64,000 nucleotides of DNA from Felis catus. Its lineage: Eukaryota. The translations under genes were made by a program, and so were the position numbers. This document shows positions 12,745 to 23,128 of this stretch, one piece after another. The DNA is taken from the NCBI RefSeq assembly GCF_018350175.1, contig NC_058368.1, forward strand, positions 5,146,001 to 5,210,000, written 5' to 3'. A model generated the notes under the pieces. That model had not been told where the DNA came from and searched no databases. It saw only the letters and a list, made by a program, of their open reading frames with translations. The stretch's first letter is position 1; each line of letters begins with the position of its first letter.

Positions 12745-13232
12745 TGATTATGTCAGTGAGGTCCCTCCATATTGTAACCTGTATTAATACTTTTTCATTG
12801 CTGAATAGTATTCCAGGGAAGGATATACCACATTTTCTGTATCCATTCAGCGGTGGATGGGTTATTTTCAATACGGGGCTATTATGAATCACACTTGTGT
12901 ACAAGTTTTTGTGTGGATGGATGTTTTCATTTTTCTTAGTGGATTTCTAGGAGCAAAATTGCTGGGTTTATAGGGTGAGTTTTACTTTTATTTTTTAAGT
13001 TTATTTATTTCTTTTGGGAGAGAGAGAGTAAGAGTACCAGTGTGAGCAGGGGAGGGGCGGGGAGAGAGAGGAAGAGGAAGAATCGCAAGCAGGCTCTGTG
13101 CTGTCAGTGGGCAGCCCAACTCCGGGCTGGATCCCATGAACCGTGAGGTCATGCCTGGAGCCGAAATCAAGAGGCGGACATTAACGGACTGAGCCACTCA
13201 GGATCCCCGTGTTTAACTTGTTAGGAAACTGC
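12745..13232 (-). mobile_element. Old L1 3' fragment with inserted Can-SINE (12984-13208)
   Basis: L1 3' antisense motifs (tatccattca, gctattatgaat) flank a SINE body. Confidence 0.8.
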
Positions 13233-13536
13233 TAAGGGAGATCAAGCATGGTTTTCAGGGAGGCTTCGTCTCATTGGTCAGCATGGTTTCTCAGGCCACT
13301 CCAGTGGTAGCAGGTGCAGCCTATGATATCGTTAGCCCTCGCCCTCCAAACCCTTGCAGTGGAGAGACGTCGGGTCATAAAAGATGACAAAGCAACAGAT
13401 GTTCATCTGATGAACTCCAGAATTCAGTCAACTCTGAGTTTTAACTCATATTCTGTAGGAGAGGGCATGTGTTCAAAGCTGTAATTACTTTTGGTAGTCT
13501 TTGGTCCGCAACTGCGGAAGACAATGTAGATACTTG

Positions 13537-13542
13537 ATTAAA
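13537..13542 (+). terminator. Candidate polyadenylation signal ATTAAA
   Basis: ATTAAA followed ~30 nt later by a GU-rich tract (tttgggtttgtgtt). Confidence 0.35.
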
Positions 13543-13679
13543 GTCTTCCATTCTGTTTATATAAAACTATGCTTTGGGTTTGTGTTACTATGACTGTCTA
13601 GAAACACTTTTCTTTTTTTTTTTTTTTTTGTGACTTCTCCTCTGTTGAAAAGACCAATTTGGAGGGTACGATAATTATG

Positions 13680-13930
13680 GATGCGGCCACTAGACACAGA
13701 ATTGACAAAAGCTCGCATTCCGGCCCCACTTACTACCTACCTGTGTGATCTTGGGTGAACTCTTGAACCTTCCTAACCCCGAGTTTTCTCAGCCACAAAT
13801 TAAGGAGAATCACGTCCTTGTCTATTTGTATTGTTTTGAAAACGAAGTGAGGAAATGCAAGTCAAGCATTTAGCTCATTGCCTGGTGCAGAGTAAGCACT
13901 TAAAAAATGCCAGCTATTTTTATCACTATT
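13680..13930 (+). mobile_element. MIR
   Basis: ctgtgtgatcttgggtgaactcttgaacc...cctggtgcagagtaagcact. Confidence 0.75.
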
Positions 13931-14310
13931 ATAAAACTAGCTTATCTGCTTTCACACTTGTTCAGTTGTCATCAAGCTGCCGGGTTAGCTGTTGAACTCC
14001 CCAATACTCAGCAGCTGTGTTGCGTTTCCTGGCGAGGTGCTTTGCTCTGTTATTGTGACATCCCTTCTGGTCCCCAGTTCAGCTTGGCAACCAATGCTTG
14101 CTTTGATCACTCTGCTGTTCATCCCTTGCAACTGAAATTGTAGCATACCAACGACGTTAGGCTGATAGACTCACTATATCCCTACGCTTCATTTAAGGAA
14201 CACTTTCTTATTGTAAAATTGTAAAAAATTTGAAAGAGCATGAGATGGAAATAGAAATCACCATCCAGGAATAATGGATTACAGTTAACATTTTAATACC
14301 TCTCTCCTTA

Positions 14311-14311
<1 letters not shown>

Positions 14312-14352
<41 letters not shown>
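14312..14352. repeat. (CA)~20 microsatellite
   Basis: Read directly. Confidence 0.95.
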
Positions 14353-14355
<3 letters not shown>

Positions 14356-14380
14356 CATATATACGTATATTAAAAAATAG

Positions 14381-14578
14381 GGGGCACCTGGGTGGCTCAG
14401 TCGGTTCAGTGTCTGACTTCGACTCAGAGTTTGAGCCCCATGTCGGGCTCTGGGTTGACAGCTCAGAGCTTGGAGCCTGCTTCGGATTCTGTGTCTCCAC
14501 TCTCCGCCCACCCCTACTCAGGCTCTGTCTCTGTCTCTCTGTCGCTCAAAAATAAACATTAAAAAAATTTAAAAAATA
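14381..14578 (+). mobile_element. Can-SINE with small internal deletion
   Basis: SINE head and tail; lacks the gtcatgatctc segment. Confidence 0.9.
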
Positions 14579-14763
14579 GATCACAACATATATGCAGTTT
14601 TATGTTTCCCTTTTGTTCATTTAACACTGTTATAATTTCTCAAGCCATTACACATTCTTCAAAAAGAATTTTAACTTACTTGCTCATGCTTTTGTCATTG
14701 GGCTTGTTTTCCAGGTTTTTGCTATTATGAGTATCCTAGTGCAAGCATTTAAAAACATTTTAA

Positions 14764-14971
14764 GGGGCGCCTGGGTGGCTCAGTCGGTTAAGCATCCGAC
14801 TTCGGCTCAGGTCATGATCTCGCGGTCCGTGGGTTCGAGCCCCGCGCCGGGCTCCGTGCTGACAGCTCGGAGCCTGGAGCCTGCTTTGGATTCTGTGTCT
14901 CCCTCTCTCTCTCTGCTCCTCCCCCGTTCATGCTCTCTCTCTGTCTCAAAAATAAATAAACATTAAAAAAA
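14764..14971 (+). mobile_element. Can-SINE
   Basis: Full length, TSD aaaaacattttaa. Confidence 0.93.
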
Positions 14972-15560
14972 CATTTTAAAAGTTGAGGTAAGTTTACAGT
15001 GAAACATGTAGATCTTAGCTGTACAGTTTGATGTGTTTTGAAAAATGCACACACCCAATATCCATTCCTTTATATAAAAAAAATTAAACCTGTCATCCCA
15101 GGAAGTTCCCTTGAGTCTCTTTTCAGTAAGTCTTTACAACCTGACCCTTAGAGGGGGTTTTCACCTTTTCTCAAACTTCATTTAAAGAGAATTGATAAAA
15201 GAAAATTTCCTACAGATGATTTACAGATCCGCTTACTAGATCAGGTAGGTTTTTATTCTGCAATTCATGAATCAGGGAGCATTCACTCCGGCAGACAGAC
15301 AACAAACAGCTTTAAAAAGGCAAGAGATTGTTTTTTTTTTTTAACCGAGGTATCATTGGCCTAAAACTTTATATTAGTTTCAGATGTACAACATGATGAT
15401 TCAATATTTGCATACATTGTGAAATGATCACAAGGGGGCTAGCTAACATCCGTCACCACACAGTTACAAATATTTTTTCTTTAAGATTCGTTCTTTTAGC
15501 AACTTTCAAATATGCAATACAATACTTTTAACTATAGTCCCCATGTGGTACATTACATCC

Positions 15561-15624
<64 letters not shown>

Positions 15625-15678
15625 TACTGGAAGTTTGTACCTTTTGACCCCCTTCACATATTCCACTACCCCCCCATA

Positions 15679-16351
15679 CAAGCATGCCTTGTTTTATTGT
15701 CCTTTGCTTTCATGTTTTATTTATTTTTGAGAGAGACAGGGACAGAGACAGAGTATGAACAGGGGAGGGGCAGAGGGAGAGGGGGACAGAGGGTCAGAAG
15801 CAGGCTCCGTCCTGACAGCCGCAAGCCCCGTGCCGGGCTCAACTCCCAAACTGCGAGCTCATGACCTGAGCCGAAGTCGGACGCTCAACCGACTGAGCCA
15901 CGCAGGCGCCCCGGATTGTCCTTTACTGTGCTTCCCAGCTAGTGGAGGTTTTTACGAATGGCAAGTCTGTGGCAGCCCGGTGTGGAACTCGTCCATGGGC
16001 ACCACTCTCCCAGCACCACCCGCTCCCTTCCTGTCTCTGTGTCACGTTTTGGTAATTCTTGCAACACTTCAGACTTCTTCATTATTACTACGTTTGTTTG
16101 GTGATCTGTGTCAGTGATTACTGTTTGCTAGAAGCTCAGATGGTGGTTGGCATTTTGGGGCAATAAAGTATTTTTGAATTAAGGTATGAACATTTTTTAG
16201 ACATTGCGCACGTAACAGACTACAGTATAGTGTGAACATAACATTTATGTGCACTGGGGGACCTGAAATTTCATTTGACTCGCTTTATTGTGATATTTGC
16301 TTTATTGCAGCAGTCTGGAACCAAATCCGCAATATCTCTGATGTATGCCTG
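15679..16351 (+). mobile_element. Tigger1-derived MITE (TcMar-Tigger)
   Basis: TA|caagcatgcctt...gatgtatgcctg|TA terminal inverted repeats, both Tigger1 ends, no transposase. Confidence 0.85.
15714..15912 (-). mobile_element. Can-SINE inside the Tigger1 MITE
   Basis: SINE body with attgtccttt repeated on both flanks. Confidence 0.9.
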
Positions 16352-17494
16352 TATGAGTGAGATTTCTGTGACTTAGTTCACTTAGCATAATGCCATCAAG
16401 GCTTATGCATGTCAGCAATGGCAGGGTTTCCTTCTTTTTTTATGGCTGAGTAATAGTGCATTCTATATAATATATTACATATATATTTAGAATATGTACT
16501 ATATATTGCATAAGTATTTAGAATATATGATATATAATAAATATATACATAGTATAATATAATAAATATATATAAATCTCTACATCTCTATATCTCTATC
16601 CTTATCTATCTATGTATCCATGTACCTATCTACCTATAAAGTTGTTTCCATGTCTTGGCTATTATGAATAATGCCGCAATAAACTTGGAGGTACAGCTAT
16701 CTTTTTGAGTTAGTGTCTTTGTTTCTTTCACATAAATACCCAGAAGTGGAATGGCTGGATCATCCCACATGGTAGTTCTGTATTAAACTTTTCGAGGAAC
16801 GTCCCTACTGGTTTCCACAGTGGCTGCACCAGTTTACATTCCCACCAACGGTGCCCAGGTGTTCCTTTTTCAACAGATCCTCACCGACACTTGTTTCTTG
16901 TCTTTTGGATGATAGCAGTTCTGAAAGGTGGGAGGCGCTATCTCGTGGTTTTGATTTGCATTTCCCTGATCATTAGTGATGTTGAACACCTTGCAAGGAA
17001 TTTTCATAGACCAAAGTGAGCAGGATTGAGGAAGTTTGGACGGGGCGTTTGCTAATAGGTTAAAGCAGGGTTACTTTCCTTACAAGGAGCAAAGGCCACT
17101 TCTTGGAGCTGGGTTAGGTGATCTGTGCCGGGCAGACCAGCGCTGATTAGTTGACCTAGGCCTTTCTTTTCTGGGGGAGCCAAGCACAGAGCATCGAAAC
17201 TTAAGTTCTGGTTTGCTTACATGGGGCTTAAGCCACGAGGAACTTGAAGTTGGACCTAACCCGGTTACTTTAATGGAATTATACTCTATTTACTCTTTTG
17301 TATCTTGCTTCCACTCAGCATTATGTTTTTTAGATTCATCTGTGTTACTGTATATATTCGTGATTTATTCCTTTTTATTCCTCAGTCATAGCCCATAATA
17401 TGAATATATCACAATTTGTTTATACGTTTACCTGTTGATGGATATTTGGGTTGTTTCCAGTTTGAGGCTATCATGAATAAAGCTGCTATTAACA

Positions 17495-17716
17495 TTTTTT
17501 TAAGTTTTTTAAAAAGCTTATTTACCTGTTTTGAGAGAGAGAGAGAGCGTGCACAAGTGAGGGAGGAACAGAGAAAGGGTGAAAGCGAGAATCCCAAGCA
17601 GGCTCCACACTGTCAGCGCAGAGCCCCACGCAGGGCTTGAACCCACGAACCGTGAGACCACGACCTGAACCAAAATCGAGTTGGACACATAACCACCTGA
17701 GCTACCCAGGTGCCCC
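17495..17716 (-). mobile_element. Can-SINE (older)
   Basis: SINE body, TSD ctgctattaa/ctgttattaa. Confidence 0.88.
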
Positions 17717-18644
17717 ACTGTTATTAATACTCATTTGTAAGTCTTTTTGTAAATATGTGTAAATTTCTCTTGGGCAAATACGTAGAATTTCTGGGTCATA
17801 GGGAAGGTGGATATGTGACTGTGTAGGAAACTATGAGTTTTTCAAAGTGGTTATAGCATTGGACACTCCCACCAGCCAAGTATCGCCACTCCTACAGTAT
17901 TTGGAGTTGTTAATCTTTATTTCTAAGCATCCTGCTGTGTACTGATATGTCATCGTGTTTGAATCTGCATTTTCCTGATTATTAACGAATTAGATTTGTC
18001 TTGGGAGTATTGAGTTGTAGGAGTTACTCATATATTCTAGAAACAGGTCCTTTGTCAGACGTGTGTGCATTGTGAATGTTTTCTCCTGGACTGTGCCTGC
18101 CTGTTTATTTTCTTGGTGTTGTTTTTTGATGAACAGAAGTTTTATTTTTGGTGATGTCTGATAAAAGTTTTTTCTTTTATGGTACTTTCCAGGTCTTGTC
18201 TAAGAAATGGTTTCTTCTAGAAGCTGTACATGGCTAGTTTTTTTACACTCACGTTTACGATCCATTTTGAGTTAATTATTGTGTTATGGTTAAGGGATCA
18301 AGGCTTAATTTTTTTCCACATGAACATCAAGTTTTAGCACCATTTATCGAAAAGACTATTTTCCCTATTGAATTGTTTGGGTGCCTTTGTCAGAGTTATT
18401 TAGTGGTATTTCTGGACTCTCTGTTTCAGTGACGTGTCTCTGCACCTGTCTATACTACGCTGTCTTGATCAGCATTAGCACGACAATAAGACTTGAGATC
18501 AGGTAATGTCTTTGATTTTCTTCTTTGGGTCCCTTGTTTTCAATGTGGAGGTCTTGCACATCTTTCATGAATTTTTCCCCACGTATTTTATGATTTTGGC
18601 GCCCTTATGTTTTATGAAAATTATATTTATTTGCTGCTGGTTTT

Positions 18645-18995
18645 GATAGGTTGGATTTCCCCAAATGGCTGCAATGGTGTTTCCAATCCTTACGTGCCAC
18701 CAGAATCTTGCCTCTTTTCCATCAAGAGCTGGAGTCTATTTCCTGTCCTCTCGAACCGACTGGGCCTTTGCGACTCCGTAACAGGTTTGGTGGGAGGGAG
18801 ACCGCAGGCGTTCCGAAGCTAGGTTAGAAAAGGTGACATAGCCCGACTCTGTCTCCTGGGACTGTTGGAAGCCAGCCACCATGCTGTGAAGAAGCGTCAG
18901 CTGCCTGGAGAGGACATGTTGAAGTACAGCAGAGGACAGACCCAGCTAAAAGCCCAGCTTCAGCCAGCGTCACATGCCAGACACAGGTGCTAACG
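18645..18995 (+). mobile_element. MLT1 (ERVL-MaLR) LTR fragment
   Basis: ccatcaagagctggagtctatttcc and gccaccatgctgtgaagaagc motifs. Confidence 0.7.
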
Positions 18996-19446
18996 AGTAA
19001 CGGGAAGGGGAGGGGGCCTGCGACACCCGCCCCTCTGGTCATCAGGAAGATAGTGACCGTTCCACTGAATATTTCTTGTTCTATGTCCAATTTGGGAAAG
19101 TGCTCTCCAAAAACGATGTAAAAATTAGAGGAATTTGGAGTCATCAGAATGCACTTACAGAATGCTGAATACGACTGCGTTAGAGGAATAAGGTTTTCTA
19201 TTAAATCATCTTCTTTCCTGGATCTTTTGCCCAATACTCTCAGGGTTGCTTTTTAGCCTGTGTGTAAATAACAACAGGGAGAGAGGAAGGAGGCCTTATG
19301 AAGAAAGCCTAAAAGGAAATTGGTCTGGGGACAGAGGGAAAGGAAAGTGGTGAGGGATTAGTGGTGGCTTCCACTCTGACTGTATTGTCCCTCAAGCTGG
19401 CGAGGAGGTACACCGATGAACACTGTATGTGTATCGACATCTTTTT

Positions 19447-19648
19447 ATTAATTTTTATTTTTTAAATGCTTATTTTGAAGGGGAGAGAGGCAGAGCGTGA
19501 GTGGGGGAGGGACCGAGAGAGAGGGAGACACGGAATCGAAGCAGGCTCCAGGCTCCGAGCTGTCAGCACAGAGCCCGACGTGGGGCCTGAACTCACAAAC
19601 TGTGAGATCATGACCTGAGCCAAAGTCGAACAGTCACCCAGGCGCCCC
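19447..19648 (-). mobile_element. Can-SINE
   Basis: TSD tatcgacatcttttta/tattgatatcttttta. Confidence 0.9.
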
Positions 19649-19924
19649 TATTGATATCTTTTTATATGGTGTACATATGCCATTTCCTTTTCAAAAATGT
19701 TTCCCTATGTATAGACACAGGTCTATATACATATGATATACATATATATGCATACACGTATGACCATTTTTTCATGTGTAAACATTTTAAAAGGAAATGA
19801 GGTTTTCGTTTGAGGAAAGGGGCTTAAGAAATGGTGTCAGGTCTTCATTTGTATGAAAGAACTTCAGAAGGACACAAGCCAGTTGTTTTCTAGAACCACG
19901 AAGGTTAAGAATGGGCTTGAGTGA

Positions 19925-20143
19925 GGGGCGCCTGGGTGGCGCAGTCGGTTAAGCGTCCGACTTCAGCCAGGTCATGATCTCGCGGTCTGGGAGTTCGAGC
20001 CCCGTGTCAGGCTCTGGGCTGATGGCTCAGAGCCTGGAGCCTGTTTCCGATTCTGTGTCTCCCTCTCTCTCTGCCCCTCCCCCGTTCATGCTCTGTCTCT
20101 CTCTGTCCCAAAAATAAATAAACATTGAAAAAAAAAAAAAAAA
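19925..20143 (+). mobile_element. Young Can-SINE
   Basis: 18-bp TSD aagaa(t/c)gggcttgagtga, pure A-tail. Confidence 0.95.
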
Positions 20144-20896
20144 AAGAACGGGCTTGAGTGAAAACAGAATTTTAGGTGGTTATACGAGGGGAAGGATTGC
20201 TTGGCCACCCTAGTTCTTGAGTGTTGGGAGTGTGCTGCCCAGAGAAGTTGGGCAGATTTCGTTCCTTGGAAAACAGGGTCGGCCTTTCTGCCGTCATTCC
20301 ACACCATACTGTCTCTGGGAGACCGGGTCTGTCGTTGGCTGACCTCACTGCTTAGGGAGAGGGCACAGAGAATAGAGAGGATGGAGACAGCTGGCTCTCA
20401 GGGACGGAAAACTCGGATCCCCTTTTCCTTTACGTCATCCCTTAGGACAGAAAGGACTGCTCTTCGCTCCGTAGTATTTATCAACCCACAGTGCCAGGGG
20501 CTCGGTGTGTCCTTCTTGGTCTAGCTCTTGAGGGTTTTTTCCCCTCTGCATGCTGCTGCTGTCACCTGACTTGTGAATGCGTGGGGTGGTGACTCTAGAG
20601 TGGAGGCGCAGGCTCTTTCTTGACAAGTCTTTGCTTCTATGGGGTAGACACAAAATGCATTTCTCTGACTATTGTATACATACAATGTTTCCCTGTCGCT
20701 GTCTGTTTTGCATTGGCTCCTCTTTTTTACAAGCGTTTTGGTCTCCTTTGGTTCTAGCCTAGGCTGCCCCTGACAAGCGTGAAAGCATTTCTGAGAGGTC
20801 AAGCACAGGTTATTGAATGATCCATACTGGCATGTGCGTTCTGAGACTAGTAACAAATAAATACTGGTCATCGGCTAGCTTCTGTCCTTTGTGCAG

Positions 20897-20920
20897 GTGT
20901 ATCTTTAGAAGACTTCAAAG
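20897..20920 (+). other. Candidate 24-nt microexon
   Basis: cttctgtcctttgtgcag|GTGTATCTTTAGAAGACTTCAAAG|gtaaga. Confidence 0.35.
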
Positions 20921-22585
20921 GTAAGATTTAGGTCTGGATCCTGTAGTCAAACGCCATCCTTAACTAACTTCCCCAGAGAGATACCCGCCAGTCAGATCAG
21001 GGAAGTTAACCACGGCAGTCAATGAGATAACACAAGTTCAAGTGAGGCGCCCATCTATTGGCCCTCGTACCTACGACGTCATCTTCACAGTGGGCCAACT
21101 GGACTGTCTCAGCACTCTACAAAGTCGTCAGGACAGATTTGGTTATCGGAAGATACACACAAGAAGAAACAGAAGCACTCTCCCGACTTCATGATAGGGA
21201 TGCAGGAAATCAGGGGAAGGCACTGAGCCAGTCTGTGGTGGTCAAGGCAGTGGCCTCTATTCAACATACTCAGCTTCTTAAAAATTAAAAATAACTTCTA
21301 TCTACTCTTTCTTTTCCCACTTGGTTATGGGCAGAACATTTTTCATCTTAAAATTCGGAGTTGAAAAAAGCCCTATTTTTCACCTGAGTCCTCTCCAGCT
21401 CTGCTTAAGCTCTCAAGGGGGTTGTTCTGTGTAGGAAATTGAATCATCAGTGACAAAGTTTTTGACAGACTCTGCTGGGACGAAGTTGCTTCACGATCAC
21501 CCTCAGCAGCTAAGACCCACTGAGAAAACATCTTCCGCTCTGAAGCTCTCAACTCCAGAACCGAGAAAGTTCTCTTCTTCCTCAATACCATGCTGAAGAT
21601 TCACACTTCTTATCAGAAACACTTTTTTCCCCCCCTGAGGGCCCAGAATGGGCAGGCAGGGAATCCCACCTGAAGCTAAGGTTGCCAGTCTGTCCATCCC
21701 TTCTGCACGTTTTTCTGGGAAAATGCGGGGCAGAGGCTAGCCAGGAGGAGCTGGAGGGATGCCTGGCCTTTTCTCGTGGGGCACCGATTCTTTCTGCTCA
21801 ACTCTGTTCCTCTCCTGGTCCGTCCCCGGTATTTACGCTAAATTTAGTGTAATGATCACATCGATAAATAAACGCAAGGTCAGCCTCTCTTACAATCATG
21901 TTTCTCTTTTCACTCTGAGGTCGGAATTTCATCAGCTATTAAACATTCAGCCTTTCCCCCCTCTCTTTATGGAACTGTGCCCAGAAGGACCAAGTGCGGT
22001 TTGAACGCTGAGTAAAAACAGTAAGAAATGGATCAAGTGACCTTGGACAAATCACCTCACCTGCCACTGATTTTGTTTCCTATGGAAGGTGTGTCGGTGT
22101 GTGTGTGCGAGTGTGTGCGTGTGAGCTAAGCGAGATAAGTATTCGTAGGGGCTTCTCACAGTTTTAACGTGCCACTAACTAGAATTCTAGGCGGGCTGGG
22201 GGCCCGGAGTCTGGACACCCAGGTTTTCTGTTTTCCAGACCCTACACCTTAGAAGTACCTGCTCTTTGCAGCCGATCCCACCACAATGTACACAGAACAG
22301 AAACCGAGAGAAGCCGGCAGAGTCAGGAGTCCCGAACGATTCCCACGGGACAAGCGCACCACCTAACAAGGGACAGGTAAAAGAGGCAGCGGGCAGGGGC
22401 AGAAAAGGGCACCCTGAGGTGCGCTCGCGCCCCAGAGGAGCCCCCTAGCGCACCGCCCCGTCCCCCCACCCGTCCCCTCTCCGCCACCTAAGAGCCCCCC
22501 GTGCTGCGGAACGTTCCAGACTCTCCCCGGCCGAGGCCCGCTCCGCCTCCCGCCGGGCTCCCCGCCGGAGGGCCGGACCCCTCCC

Positions 22586-22587
<2 letters not shown>

Positions 22588-22617
<30 letters not shown>
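22588..22617 (+). repeat. (GCC)10 trinucleotide repeat
   Basis: Ten perfect GCC units read directly. Confidence 0.95.
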
Positions 22618-22619
<2 letters not shown>

Positions 22620-22750
22620 GCCAGCGAGGCCCGCAGCGGTGGCGTCCGCGGGCGCTGCCGCATTGGCCGGCGGCTGCGGCACGGACGGCGCAGCCTCCTC
22701 CTCCTCCTCCGCCGGCGGCCCCGCAGTCCGGCCCGGGAGCGCGCCCACCC

Positions 22751-22822
22751 ATGGCCCTCGGGCCGCCGTCCCTGCGCCCAAGCCCAGCGCGCAGCCTCCG
22801 CCGCTCGCCCGGGGCCGCCTAG
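22751..22822 (+). promoter_or_regulatory. Upstream ORF (23 aa, MALGPPSLRPSPARSLRRSPGAA*) in the probable ATP8A2 5' UTR
   Basis: cacccATGG at 22751, TAG ending 22822, 17 nt before the main ATG. The transcription start is unknown. Confidence 0.55.
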
Positions 22823-22839
22823 CCCCCGAGCGGGGCGCG

Positions 22840-22915
22840 ATGCCGAACGCCTCCCGCCTGGACAGAGCGCTCAGGATGTCCCTGCCCCGAAGGTCGCGGA
22901 TCGGCTCGTCCGTTG
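22840..22915 (+). CDS. ATP8A2: ATP8A2 coding exon 1 (phospholipid-transporting P4-ATPase IB), phase-1 end; intron 1 runs past the window end
   Basis: Translates [25 protein letters not shown](G), matching the human N-terminus as I recall it ([26 protein letters not shown]). 76 coding nt, then a GTTG|gtgaga donor at 22916, inside a CpG island. Confidence 0.93.
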
Positions 22916-23086
22916 GTGAGAGGGGAGGGGCGCGCGGCGGGGAGGGTCGGCGGGGCGGGGGAGGGGGGAGGGAGGCGGGCGCGCGGAGGGGAGCCGCCGC
23001 CCCGCCCTCCTCCCGCCTCCCGCCGCCGGTGCTCGCACCTGGGGGTGGGGGTGGGGCGCGCCCGCGCCGCCGGGAGGGCCGCACGC

Positions 23087-23128
23087 GGGGCGAGGGGCGA
23101 GGGGCGAGGGGCGAGGGGCGAGGGGCGA
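23087..23128 (+). repeat. (GGGGCGA)6 heptamer tandem repeat
   Basis: Six perfect units read directly, 170 nt into intron 1. Confidence 0.95.

Larger units (their letters stand above)
11025..13537 (+). other. Candidate 5-exon ORF, 117 aa (11025-11034, 11310-11415, 12491-12534, 12614-12728, 13459-13537); product unknown
   Basis: gccATGG start, GT-AG junctions with compatible phases, TGA overlapping ATTAAA. Assembled by hand; some splice sites are weak. Confidence 0.35.
15330..16992 (-). mobile_element. Carnivore L1 3' end, 5'-truncated, with (ATTT)n at ~15562-15622
   Basis: Poly-T start, L1 3' UTR and ORF2-end motifs. Confidence 0.85.
15190..17270 (-). mobile_element. ERV1-type solo LTR split by an L1 (15190-15328 and 16993-17270)
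   Basis: attcatgaatcagggagcat motif; halves rejoin at gcaagagatt/gcaaggaatt. Confidence 0.55.
14980..18620 (-). mobile_element. Old L1 (L1M-type) 3' region hosting nested insertions
   Basis: L1 3' antisense sequence stops at ~15190 and resumes at ~17270. Confidence 0.75.

Noticed and set aside
21058..21288. ORF containing GRYTQEETEALSRLH...GN, faintly like a DMTF1/TTF1 Myb repeat
   Set aside because: Short match, lacks the conserved Trp, no second repeat and no convincing splice sites; likely chance.
22672..22692. REST/NRSE-like motif (cacggacggcgc)
   Set aside because: About 14/21 match, with the CAGCACC half absent and the GGACAG core altered.
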